From contig JADFDM010000015.1 in the NCBI GenBank assembly GCA_018262795.1, positions 9,253-73,252 of the forward strand: a stretch of DNA of 64,000 nucleotides, given 5' to 3'. The position numbers were made by a program, and so were the translations under genes. The stretch's first letter is position 1. The number at the start of each line of letters is the position of its first letter. The DNA is from Sphingobacteriales bacterium (GTDB taxonomy: Bacteria; Bacteroidota; Bacteroidia; Chitinophagales; LD1). Under the pieces are notes generated by a model. The model saw nothing but the letters and a program-made list of their open reading frames with translations. It ran no database searches and was not told where the DNA came from. Below, piece after piece: positions 36,209-44,128 of this stretch.

Positions 36209-36799
36209 ATGAGGACGTTTGAAGAAGTAGAAACGCATATCATCGGCAAGTTAAAAAGAGAGCTTCCGAAAGACTTATATTACCACGGGCTTCACCACAC
36301 CCTGGATGTTCTACGCTCTGCCCAAATGATAGGGAAAGAAGAGAAGATTAATGACGAGGAAATGTTTCTATTGAAAGTAGCTGTGCTGTATCACGATTCG
36401 GGGTTCACCAAAACATATAAAAACCATGAGGAAGCGGGTTGTGAAATGGCTCGCGAAGACCTTCCTGCATTTGGATTTACAGAGAATGAAATAGAGAAGA
36501 TATGTGGCATGATAATGGCCACCAAAATTCCCCAAAATCCCAAAACGAAATTAGAATTCATTATTGCCGATGCTGATTTGGAATACCTCGGGACCGATCA
36601 GTTTGACAAAGTAGGCAGAACCTTGTATGAAGAAATGAAGATTTATGTGAATTTGGAGGGGGAGCGCCAATGGAACATCATCCAAATGAACTTTTTAAAA
36701 TCACACCACTACTTTACCGATTTCTGCAAAAAGAACAGGGAAGATGCAAAGCAGAAACATCTACAGGAGATTATTCGCATGGTGAATAGCTACGATTAA
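36209..36799 (+). CDS. HD-superfamily phosphohydrolase (possible cNMP phosphodiesterase)
   Basis: A 196-aa protein with YYHGLHHTLDVLRSA ... VAVLYHDSGF, the H..HD metal-binding pattern. It starts 30 nt downstream of the second cyclase. Confidence 0.7.
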   Translation: MRTFEEVETHIIGKLKRELPKDLYYHGLHHTLDVLRSAQMIGKEEKINDEEMFLLKVAVLYHDSGFTKTYKNHEEAGCEMAREDLPAFGFTENEIEKICGMIMATKIPQNPKTKLEFIIADADLEYLGTDQFDKVGRTLYEEMKIYVNLEGERQWNIIQMNFLKSHHYFTDFCKKNREDAKQKHLQEIIRMVNSYD

Positions 36800-37260
36800 T
36801 TTTTGCCCTGCTCGGTAGATTTTATATTTTGGGCTCGCAGCCTTCTGCAAAGTGTCTTTATAATTCCTTTGGCTACCTCAATTCGGCTCTCCATTATTTC
36901 ATAAAATGGCTCCTGATCTAATTTTAGCAACAAGGCTTCTGTTTGCGTAGTAGCACTGGCAGAACGGGTTTCCGTATCTAAGAGCGACATCTCTCCGAAA
37001 AAATCATTCTCCTTAGAGATAGCAAGCGTATGCTCGTTCTTATGAATGCGCACCTCCCCTTTGAATATGATATACATGCACTGCCCCACCTCTCCTTCCT
37101 TGAAAATATTTTGGTTCTTCTCAAACTCCACCTCTTCCAATATCTCGGCTACTTCGGCCAGCACGGTTTCAGGTGTTTCTTCAAACAGGCTAAGCGATTT
37201 GAGCAACAGCACTTTCTCAATCAGCAATAAGCGGTTTTCGTGTTCTTGTACTTGAGCCAT
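36796..37260 (-). CDS. Stand-alone cyclic-nucleotide-binding (CNB) domain protein
   Basis: A 154-aa protein with IFKEGEVGQCMYIIFKGEVRI ... FFGEMSLLDTETRSASA, the phosphate-binding cassette. It has no DNA-binding or other effector domain. Its start is 1 nt after the stop of the upstream membrane-protein gene. Confidence 0.85.
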   Translation of the reverse strand: MAQVQEHENRLLLIEKVLLLKSLSLFEETPETVLAEVAEILEEVEFEKNQNIFKEGEVGQCMYIIFKGEVRIHKNEHTLAISKENDFFGEMSLLDTETRSASATTQTEALLLKLDQEPFYEIMESRIEVAKGIIKTLCRRLRAQNIKSTEQGKN

Positions 37261-37261
37261 A

Positions 37262-40006
37262 TCAGTTTAATTCTGCCAGAATTTTTGAGGCGGTTTCGTG
37301 AATTAGTTTGTCCGTTTCATTTTGGACTTTATGGAGCCACACTTTTTTGTTTCCGCCTTTGTAAAAGATCAGCGAATAGATAGCTGCCGCCCGCGTCCAG
37401 CGATGGTAATGATGATGTTTATTACTTAAAATTTCTTCGATGGTGCTCTCGTAGCTGACTTGCTCTTTAAAGTACGGGCTCAATGTATTACAGCGATCTT
37501 CTACTCCGGCCGATTCAAATATGACAATAAATTTAAGGGAGATTTCTTTGGGCACTTCAATCTCAATGATCTCCAGCGCATTGGCGATACTCTCTTTCTT
37601 TTTTATCAGAAAAGCATTTTTGGCTTTTATCATTTTCTCCTTGTCATACACAAATGAAAACAACAGCAACATTGAATCTCTGATTTCATCCAGTTCGAGG
37701 TGTAGCGCATCTGCCAATACACGGCTCGACTTTGGCAACTCCCTGATCATAAAAAGGATGCGAATAGCCGAAGTGAGGTATTGATTCATCAGTTCGATGT
37801 GGTGTTGTAGATGATGGGGCTGCGATTTAAATTCGCAGAGATGCAGAGAGTGGAAAATAAGCCTGCGCATGGTTGGAAGTTTCCACACCAAATCGTCCAA
37901 CAGGTTAATAGCCGCCTCGCTTCCTATTCTTCCGCAGAGTAAAATAAGTTTCGATTGTTGTTGATGGCTGAGCTTGTGTTGCAGCAAAGCGTTGCGGATT
38001 TGCAAGAGCGACTGATCCCCTAAACCCAACAGTGCTTCCAACGCTTGACGTTCATTTTTAGTTGCCAGAAAAAACTGCATCACCGGCTCTGCTAAATTTT
38101 TATTTTTCACCTTCCCCGAAGCCGCTATAGCCGCTAAAACTACACTATCATCTTCATCCTGCATCAACCGAAGCAATGGTTTATAAAACGAAGCCACTTC
38201 GAGGTCCCCTATAATTTCTGCCGCCAGCTTTCGGTCTGCGGCATTTGAAGAGTCCAGCAGGTTCAGCAATTTTTGCCCTGCCGTAACTACAGCACCAATA
38301 CCGCCACTGGTCATAAAGCCGGTGATAGAAGCCTTGACCAAGCCCCGGTCACTTTCGTTCAGAAACATATCCATGTCGCTCACCTCATCGGGCTGTAGCA
38401 TACACTTAGCTTTCACCGCTTCCGCCAACAAAGTGGCCTCCCTTTTTTGTTCGATAATTTCGTCAATGAAAGGGAGCGCCTCTGTCAACTTTCTACGCTC
38501 TACTAATTTCAGTGCTTCCATTTTCACTTCTTCAATGGGATGTTTCAGCGCCATCAAAATAATTTTATCCTTATCGGAGGAATATTGTTTGTCTAAAAGA
38601 TGAAGGATATAAATGGCCTCGCCTCTTTCTCCGTTGGTGATTTTCTCTATCAACACCTGACGGGTTTTTTCATTTTCCAAATCAATTTCCTGCCCTATAG
38701 AATACCTTCGATTCAGCGCCTTCATCAACGTTTTCACATATTCTGTATCCACCAAAAAAATCATGACCACCCAAACTATGAGCAGGGTAAAAAGCATATA
38801 ACTCAACTGAAACAAATCCACTCTACCTGAAATTTTCAGCAGACTGAATAACATAAAACCACTAAAGGCTAAGGCAAAGGGATCCATCACTCCCTTTACA
38901 ATCATGTGACCTTTCAATCGCAAAGGAGAAGTAAGCGGCTGCATCAGTGAAAGAAAGACCGGGTCTTGCAACGAAGTTTTGAGCACCTCAGTCACTATAG
39001 CCATGATTCCGAAAATATAGAGGATAGCTATTTTTTCGTGTGATATGACAGGGAGAAAAATAATGACAATGAGAAAGACAAAGAGGATAATCGGGCTGAC
39101 GAGTAATGCTCCTTTGGTTCCGAGGCGACTGGTAATTCGACCTGTAAAAATGAGTCGGATAAAAATGGCCAGCACCCTTCCTCCGGCATAGAACATAGCA
39201 ATAAATCCGGCTAACTGTTCATTGGTATGTGTTTCGTGTTTTATTTCTGAATAAAAGGAGAAACTGATAATGGTTACACAGGTCATCACAATAAATGAAA
39301 GTCCGGCCACCATCGCAATCATGCGGTTGCCAAAAAATCCTTTTGCGATGTCACGCAGTGTTACCGATGCGCGGTGTGGTGCATGTTCGTGCGCTACATG
39401 AATATCGAGCTTGCCCGCTTTGCTCAAGCGGTAATAAAAAATGAGCGCTGTCAGGATGGACAAACTGGAAAGAATAAGCAGATTGATGCTTCCTACAAAA
39501 GGGATTAAAACCGGCACTGCCGTATAGCCTATCAGCTTTGCCGGAATATCGCCTGCCCCAATCATGCCGAACAATCGCTTGCTTTGGCGAATATCAAATA
39601 ACAGCGCAGCCACTCCCCAAAACTCCAGATTGCTGAGCAGGTATATCACATAATACCAAGAGAACATCAGGAAAATGAATACGGGGCTGTTGATGAAACT
39701 GAATTGCAGACGGAAGGCGAGAATACTGAGCGCAATAGTGACGATAACTGCCGGCACCAGTCTTTTGATGTGCATGGAATGCTCGAACTTGCTATATATC
39801 CAACCGGTAACCCAAAGCAACAGTGCCGAAAACATATACACTTCGGGTAGCTTATGTATTTCAAAATGTGTTAGAAATAAAGCAAAGGCTACAGTGTTGA
39901 AAATGGCCACTCCGGCCCCCTGAAAAAACTGTAACAAAAAAAGGTTGGTCACTAACCACGACTCATCGCTGCGGATATTAAATAGAGATAGTAAACGGTT
40001 TCGCAT
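37262..40006 (-). CDS. Polytopic TLC/Npt-like (MFS-type) membrane domain fused to a HEAT-repeat domain
   Basis: The N-terminal ~430 aa hold about 11-12 TM helices and EFWGVAALLFDIRQSKRLFGMIGAGDIPAKLIGY, which resembles the FW...ANxI...AKRFYxLFGxGAN motif of ATP/ADP-translocase-like proteins. The C-terminal ~480 aa are helical repeats (e.g. AADRKLAAEIIGDLEVASFYKPLLRLMQDEDDSVVLAAIAASG). Confidence 0.6.
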   Translation of the reverse strand: MRNRLLSLFNIRSDESWLVTNLFLLQFFQGAGVAIFNTVAFALFLTHFEIHKLPEVYMFSALLLWVTGWIYSKFEHSMHIKRLVPAVIVTIALSILAFRLQFSFINSPVFIFLMFSWYYVIYLLSNLEFWGVAALLFDIRQSKRLFGMIGAGDIPAKLIGYTAVPVLIPFVGSINLLILSSLSILTALIFYYRLSKAGKLDIHVAHEHAPHRASVTLRDIAKGFFGNRMIAMVAGLSFIVMTCVTIISFSFYSEIKHETHTNEQLAGFIAMFYAGGRVLAIFIRLIFTGRITSRLGTKGALLVSPIILFVFLIVIIFLPVISHEKIAILYIFGIMAIVTEVLKTSLQDPVFLSLMQPLTSPLRLKGHMIVKGVMDPFALAFSGFMLFSLLKISGRVDLFQLSYMLFTLLIVWVVMIFLVDTEYVKTLMKALNRRYSIGQEIDLENEKTRQVLIEKITNGERGEAIYILHLLDKQYSSDKDKIILMALKHPIEEVKMEALKLVERRKLTEALPFIDEIIEQKREATLLAEAVKAKCMLQPDEVSDMDMFLNESDRGLVKASITGFMTSGGIGAVVTAGQKLLNLLDSSNAADRKLAAEIIGDLEVASFYKPLLRLMQDEDDSVVLAAIAASGKVKNKNLAEPVMQFFLATKNERQALEALLGLGDQSLLQIRNALLQHKLSHQQQSKLILLCGRIGSEAAINLLDDLVWKLPTMRRLIFHSLHLCEFKSQPHHLQHHIELMNQYLTSAIRILFMIRELPKSSRVLADALHLELDEIRDSMLLLFSFVYDKEKMIKAKNAFLIKKKESIANALEIIEIEVPKEISLKFIVIFESAGVEDRCNTLSPYFKEQVSYESTIEEILSNKHHHYHRWTRAAAIYSLIFYKGGNKKVWLHKVQNETDKLIHETASKILAELN

Positions 40007-40056
40007 GAGTGCTGAATAGCGGCTAAGATAGTTTTTTGGCTGGAAGAAAAAGGCGG

Positions 40057-40563
40057 CTACTTGCGCTTGGCCAGCTTCTTTTTGTAAAATTCTTTGTCGG
40101 CAGTGTAAATGGTTTTAGTGAAGGTGGCATATACTTTCCCGGCTTCATCTTCAAAGTGCAGGGGCAAATCGAATATGTATTCGCCCTTCATCTCAATCTG
40201 GTGTTTAATCTCCGCCACCTTCTCTTCTGTAATCAGGAAGCGGCATTTTACTCTTTTCGTAATTGGCCTTACAAACTTTACGGAAGCGGCCTTGTCCCAC
40301 ACCACATAGTCTTTCCCTAATATCTCCATCAACATCAGCATATAATATGGATCAATGGAACTATAAATGCTGCCACCAAAAACCGTAGCCACTCGGTTGC
40401 GAGTTCGGATGTTTAGTTTCAAACTCACATGCACTTCGCGAAAGTCGCCAGAAATAAATTGCACCTTTCCTCCACTGCACCAAATGCAGGGCCAGTAGTT
40501 AAAAACCCAACGCATTCGCCTCGTGCGAAATGATTCTATTTTTTCGGTAGTGTATAATTTCAT
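40057..40563 (-). CDS. DUF4442-like hotdog-fold protein (putative thioesterase-like)
   Basis: A 168-aa protein. VHVSLKLNIRTRNRVATVFGGSIYSSIDPYYMLML and VWDKAASVKFVRP resemble DUF4442/YiiD-C proteins. The assignment is from memory. Confidence 0.5.
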   Translation of the reverse strand: MKLYTTEKIESFRTRRMRWVFNYWPCIWCSGGKVQFISGDFREVHVSLKLNIRTRNRVATVFGGSIYSSIDPYYMLMLMEILGKDYVVWDKAASVKFVRPITKRVKCRFLITEEKVAEIKHQIEMKGEYIFDLPLHFEDEAGKVYATFTKTIYTADKEFYKKKLAKRK

Positions 40564-40572
40564 AGAGCAAGA

Positions 40573-40638
40573 GTGAAAAGTGACGGGTGACGGGTGACAA
40601 GTGAAATAAGTGACGGGTGATAGGTAACAGGGTGAATG
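40573..40638. repeat. Short degenerate array of GTGACGG heptads (left arm of the inverted pair)
   Basis: The sequence reads gtgaaaa-gtgacgg-gtgacgg-gtgacaa-gtgaaataa-gtgacgg-gtgatag-gtaacag-ggtgaat. It is the reverse complement of the unit repeated at 41053-41306. Confidence 0.8.
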
Positions 40639-40645
40639 AAATACA

Positions 40646-41017
40646 TTAGTTGTTGCTTTTGGTTTGGAGGGTTTTCAGGGTAGTGTTAAGGCCTGCAATA
40701 ATCTTATTGATGAGTTGTATTCTTTCCCCGGCAAGTTCTTCGCCCAATAAAAACCGTGAGCGGGTATAGCCTCCTTTGGTTTCGCGGGCAGAGCCACGTG
40801 CATAGCGCAGAAACTGCGGATACTCCTTCCCGAATCCTCTTCCGTAACCTTCTTCAATATTTGCCGCTATAGAATAGGCCGAGCGAGTCAGCTGTTCCGC
40901 TATCTTCTTCCCCCTAATATCCTTTATCATCTTTTCCGAATCCACTTTCCAGAACAAATCCCATAGCTCCATAGCCAGTTTGTAAACTCCGAAATTTTCC
41001 AGATTATCCTTTTCCAT
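40646..41017 (-). CDS. Four-helix-bundle protein (23S rRNA intervening-sequence protein / Avd family)
   Basis: FGVYKLAMELWDLFW ... AEQLTRSAYSIAANIEEGYGRGFGKEYPQFLRYARGSARET matches the TIGR02436-type pattern. The ATG at 41017 (MEKDNLENF) is preferred, because the track's N-terminal MTGDGWRVKGKG is only a translation of the repeat array. Confidence 0.8.
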   Translation of the reverse strand: MEKDNLENFGVYKLAMELWDLFWKVDSEKMIKDIRGKKIAEQLTRSAYSIAANIEEGYGRGFGKEYPQFLRYARGSARETKGGYTRSRFLLGEELAGERIQLINKIIAGLNTTLKTLQTKSNN

Positions 41018-41052
41018 CTTTTCGCTTTCTATAAAAGTAAAACCTTTCCCCT

Positions 41053-41306
41053 TCACCCGCCACCCGTCACCCGTCACCCGTCACCCGTCACCCCGTCACC
41101 CGTCACCCGTCACCCCGTCACCCGTCACCCGTCACCCGTCACCCCGCCACCCCGCCACCTGTCACCCCGCCACCTATCACCCGCCACCCCGCCACCTGTC
41201 ACCCGCCACCCCGTCACCTGTCACCCGCCACCCGTCACCTGTCACCTGTCACCCGTCACCCCGCCACCCGCCACCCCGCCACCCGCCACCCCGTCACCCC
41301 GCTACA
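41053..41306. repeat. Tandem array of about 35 units of CCGTCAC / CCGCCAC / CTGTCAC (7-8 nt), C-rich on the + strand
   Basis: By direct reading the array is cgtcacc x many, interspersed with ccgtcacc, c(c)gccacc, tgtcacc and tatcacc. It ends 50 nt before the aminopeptidase ATG. Confidence 0.9.
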
Positions 41307-41355
41307 CATCCCATTCTCACTTTCTTCTATTTTCGCACCCAAAACAAACTGCTTT

Positions 41356-42480
41356 ATGTCAAACCAAGTTAGGGAGAAAAGTGTTCTGCTCGAAAAATAT
41401 GCGCGCCTGTTAGTGAACTATTGTTTAGAAGTGAAGCCGAGCGATAAGGTATATATTAACTCCTCTTATTTAGCGGAGCCTTTACTGATAGAAGTAGCTA
41501 AAAAAGTGTATAAAGCCGGAGGCATTCCCGTTTTCAACATCGAGATAAAAGGATTAGGAAATGCCCTGATGGAATTTGCGGGCGAAGCGCAGTTGGGCTG
41601 GGTGAATCCTATGAAGCAATACATTATGGAGCACTTTGACTGTTACCTAAACATCCGCGCGCCCTTTGAAAAAGGAGATGACGAAAAAGAACCGGATCAA
41701 CCCGAAAAATTCAAACTATTACAGCAGGCGCAGCAACCAATCAACCGCATTTACTTTGAGCGAATTGGCAATGGCAGCATGCGCAGATGCTTGTGCCAAT
41801 ATCCCACACAAGCCGGTGCCGATGATGCTGAGATGAGCTTAGAAGAGTATGAGAATTTTGTGTTTGGCGCTTGCCAATTATTTGCCGAAGATCCGGTGGC
41901 CAAATGGTTAGAAGTGCGCAAAATTCAGCAAGTGTATGTGGACTACCTAAACAAGGTGGAGCACGTGGAATACAAGGGGCCGAATATTGATATCCACTTT
42001 TCGGTGAAAGACCGCTTGTGGATGAACAGCGATGGCCGCGCCAACATGCCGAGCGGGGAGGTGTTCAGCGCACCGATTGAGGACAGTGTGAATGGCTGGG
42101 CCTACTTCAACTACCCGACTATTTATATGGGGAAGGATGTAAAAGGGGTGCGCTTAGAAGTGAAGGATGGCGAGGTGATAAACTGGGAGGCCTCGCAAGG
42201 GCAGGATATTCTCGACAAGGTGTTTGCCATCGAAGGGGCTCGCCATTGGGGCGAAGTCGCCATAGGTACTAACTACAACATACAGCGCACCACTCGCAAT
42301 ATTCTGTTCGATGAAAAAATTGGTGGCAGCATACACATGGCCGTAGGGCAGAGCTATAAACAATGCGGAGGCAAAAATGAAAGCACCGTGCATTGGGATA
42401 TGATTACCGACATGAAAGACGGTGGGCAAATAATAGCCGATGGCATTAAGATTTATGAGAATGGCAAGTTTTTGATTTGA
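41356..42480 (+). CDS. M29-family aminopeptidase (AmpS/PepS/aminopeptidase T type)
   Basis: A 374-aa protein with an N-terminal LLEKYARLLVNYCLEVKPSDKVYI and a C-terminal GGSIHMAVGQSY...VHWDMI, typical of M29 aminopeptidases. Confidence 0.8.
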   Translation: MSNQVREKSVLLEKYARLLVNYCLEVKPSDKVYINSSYLAEPLLIEVAKKVYKAGGIPVFNIEIKGLGNALMEFAGEAQLGWVNPMKQYIMEHFDCYLNIRAPFEKGDDEKEPDQPEKFKLLQQAQQPINRIYFERIGNGSMRRCLCQYPTQAGADDAEMSLEEYENFVFGACQLFAEDPVAKWLEVRKIQQVYVDYLNKVEHVEYKGPNIDIHFSVKDRLWMNSDGRANMPSGEVFSAPIEDSVNGWAYFNYPTIYMGKDVKGVRLEVKDGEVINWEASQGQDILDKVFAIEGARHWGEVAIGTNYNIQRTTRNILFDEKIGGSIHMAVGQSYKQCGGKNESTVHWDMITDMKDGGQIIADGIKIYENGKFLI

Positions 42481-42553
42481 GGAGAGGGCGTGAAAAGGGC
42501 GCTTATGAAAGGGAAGTGAGGGAACAACCTTTGCTGACGAGTTTTAGAGATAA

Positions 42554-42604
42554 CCAGTATTGAGCTACGCCATGCGGAGTACTACTTTCATAGCTCAATA
42601 CTGG
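42554..42604. terminator. Perfect 14-bp hairpin between convergent genes (bidirectional terminator candidate)
   Basis: CCAGTATTGAGCTA (42554-42567), a 23-nt loop, then TAGCTCAATACTGG (42591-42604). There is no strong T-run on either side. Confidence 0.45.
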
Positions 42605-42624
42605 AATCTACATCAAATTACTGT

Positions 42625-43287
42625 TTAGAATTTTTCGGGGGACTGTTTTGCAATACCTTCAGATAGCATGGTGGCAAAATGTGTCATGTGGTCAAATGCT
42701 AAGTCATAGTCAATAACTGCCTGATCATAATTTTGCTGAAGCAAGTCAACAGAGTAGGCGACCGTTTGTGTAATATGCATATCCATCTCTGCACCCATAT
42801 CATTTTGTGACAAGTATTGCGGATTGGCTGCCGAAAGAAAGTCTGCAATTTCTTTGGCATTTGCCCGCCAATTTATTATTGCTTGATTTAGCGCTGCTTG
42901 ATCATTGTTTTTTGCGGCCTGTAGCACCGGCACAGCACCATTGATATGACCTTTGAGAAAGGTAGTCAACTGGTCTCCGGCTGCCTGACCATAATAGGGC
43001 ACGATAGAAGCTCCGATATCCTCTTGGTTTTTTAATAATCTATTGAGTTGCGCTTGCAATCCTCCCGGATTATTAAAATAAGCATCTACGGTAGCAAAGG
43101 TCCATTGCATGTGGTCGGCCCACAATTTGTGCATCGAATTATCGAAAGTGCGATAACTATCTGTCCTCAGCGGACCCGGCCCTTCGTCTTTTTTGCAGCT
43201 TGAAAAGGGGAGCGTCATTACGGTTATAAATAACAATAGCATAGTTTGGCTTTTTAAGCCTTTGGGTAAATGTTGAGATGTAAACAT
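42625..43287 (-). CDS. Hypothetical helical lipoprotein
   Basis: It has a lipobox-like LPFSSC. The mature part is predicted all-helical, with two H-containing repeats (LWADHMQW, EMDMHITQT). The start may instead be the internal MLLLF at 43242. Confidence 0.45.
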   Translation of the reverse strand: MFTSQHLPKGLKSQTMLLLFITVMTLPFSSCKKDEGPGPLRTDSYRTFDNSMHKLWADHMQWTFATVDAYFNNPGGLQAQLNRLLKNQEDIGASIVPYYGQAAGDQLTTFLKGHINGAVPVLQAAKNNDQAALNQAIINWRANAKEIADFLSAANPQYLSQNDMGAEMDMHITQTVAYSVDLLQQNYDQAVIDYDLAFDHMTHFATMLSEGIAKQSPEKF

Positions 43288-43585
43288 GACTTTACTTTTT
43301 AGAATGATTAGAATAAATTGAATTAGACAGATTAGAGTAAGAGAGAATTAAAAAGGTTACAATTCATTTTCTGGCCTCCGGCAAGTGAACCTTCGGAGAC
43401 ATAAAAATTAGGGGCGAGATATTTTTTGATGTGATTGGCTGTGGAAGTGTGAAGTTGTTACCTTGCCCTTTGCGCGCAAGATTAATCACCTAAGCGGGTG
43501 AGAAGGAGCGAGTTTAACCAGAGAGTAATCTCCAACAGCATCCCTACTGAGTTTATTTTCATCGGTAATATTATTTTTGCCGGAA

Positions 43586-44128
43586 ATGAAGCGTCTATTT
43601 TCTTTTCTGTTTGTGGCCGCGGTAGTGTTGTCACTTTTTTCTTCTTGCAAGAAACTACATGAACTTACCCAGTTTTACATGGATTACGATGCCTCCTACA
43701 CATACTCGGCTGGGGTTCCGCTCCATCTACCACTCACCCTCAGCACTCCTGATGTAACAACTAATGCCGAACAGGAATTTGCTATCAATGATACCCGGAA
43801 AGATCTGATAGAAAGTATTTTGCTAAAGCAATTAAGCCTACAAATTACTTCCCCATCCAACGCCACTTTTTCATTTCTCAAAGCTGTGGACGTTTATATA
43901 TCAGCCGATAATTTGCCCGAAGTTCGCGTAGCGCATAAGGACAACATTCCCGACAATATAGGAGCACAGTTAGATCTGGACATAGACAATGTGGAACTAC
44001 AAGAGTATGTAAAGGCAGATGCTTTCAAACTGAAAGTAGTCAGCACTACCGATCAACTTATCACGACAGATGTATCCGTCAATATCTACTCTAATTTTTT
44101 TGTGGATGCCAAAATTCTTGGCTTGTAA
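43586..44128 (+). CDS. Hypothetical lipoprotein
   Basis: MKRLFSFLFVAAVVLSLFSSCKK is a signal peptide plus lipobox. I recognise no family. The ATG at 43586 is preferred over the TTG at 43577. Confidence 0.45.
   Translation: MKRLFSFLFVAAVVLSLFSSCKKLHELTQFYMDYDASYTYSAGVPLHLPLTLSTPDVTTNAEQEFAINDTRKDLIESILLKQLSLQITSPSNATFSFLKAVDVYISADNLPEVRVAHKDNIPDNIGAQLDLDIDNVELQEYVKADAFKLKVVSTTDQLITTDVSVNIYSNFFVDAKILGL

Noticed and set aside
41018-41077. The N-terminal extension MTGDGWRVKGKGFTFIESEK of the four-helix-bundle ORF in the track.
   Set aside because: It is merely the heptad repeat array translated. The family-typical sequence starts at MEKDNLENF (ATG at 41017).
41053-41306. Possibility that the repeat array is a CRISPR array.
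   Set aside because: The units are 7-8 nt and directly abutting, with no unique spacers. There are no cas genes in the window.
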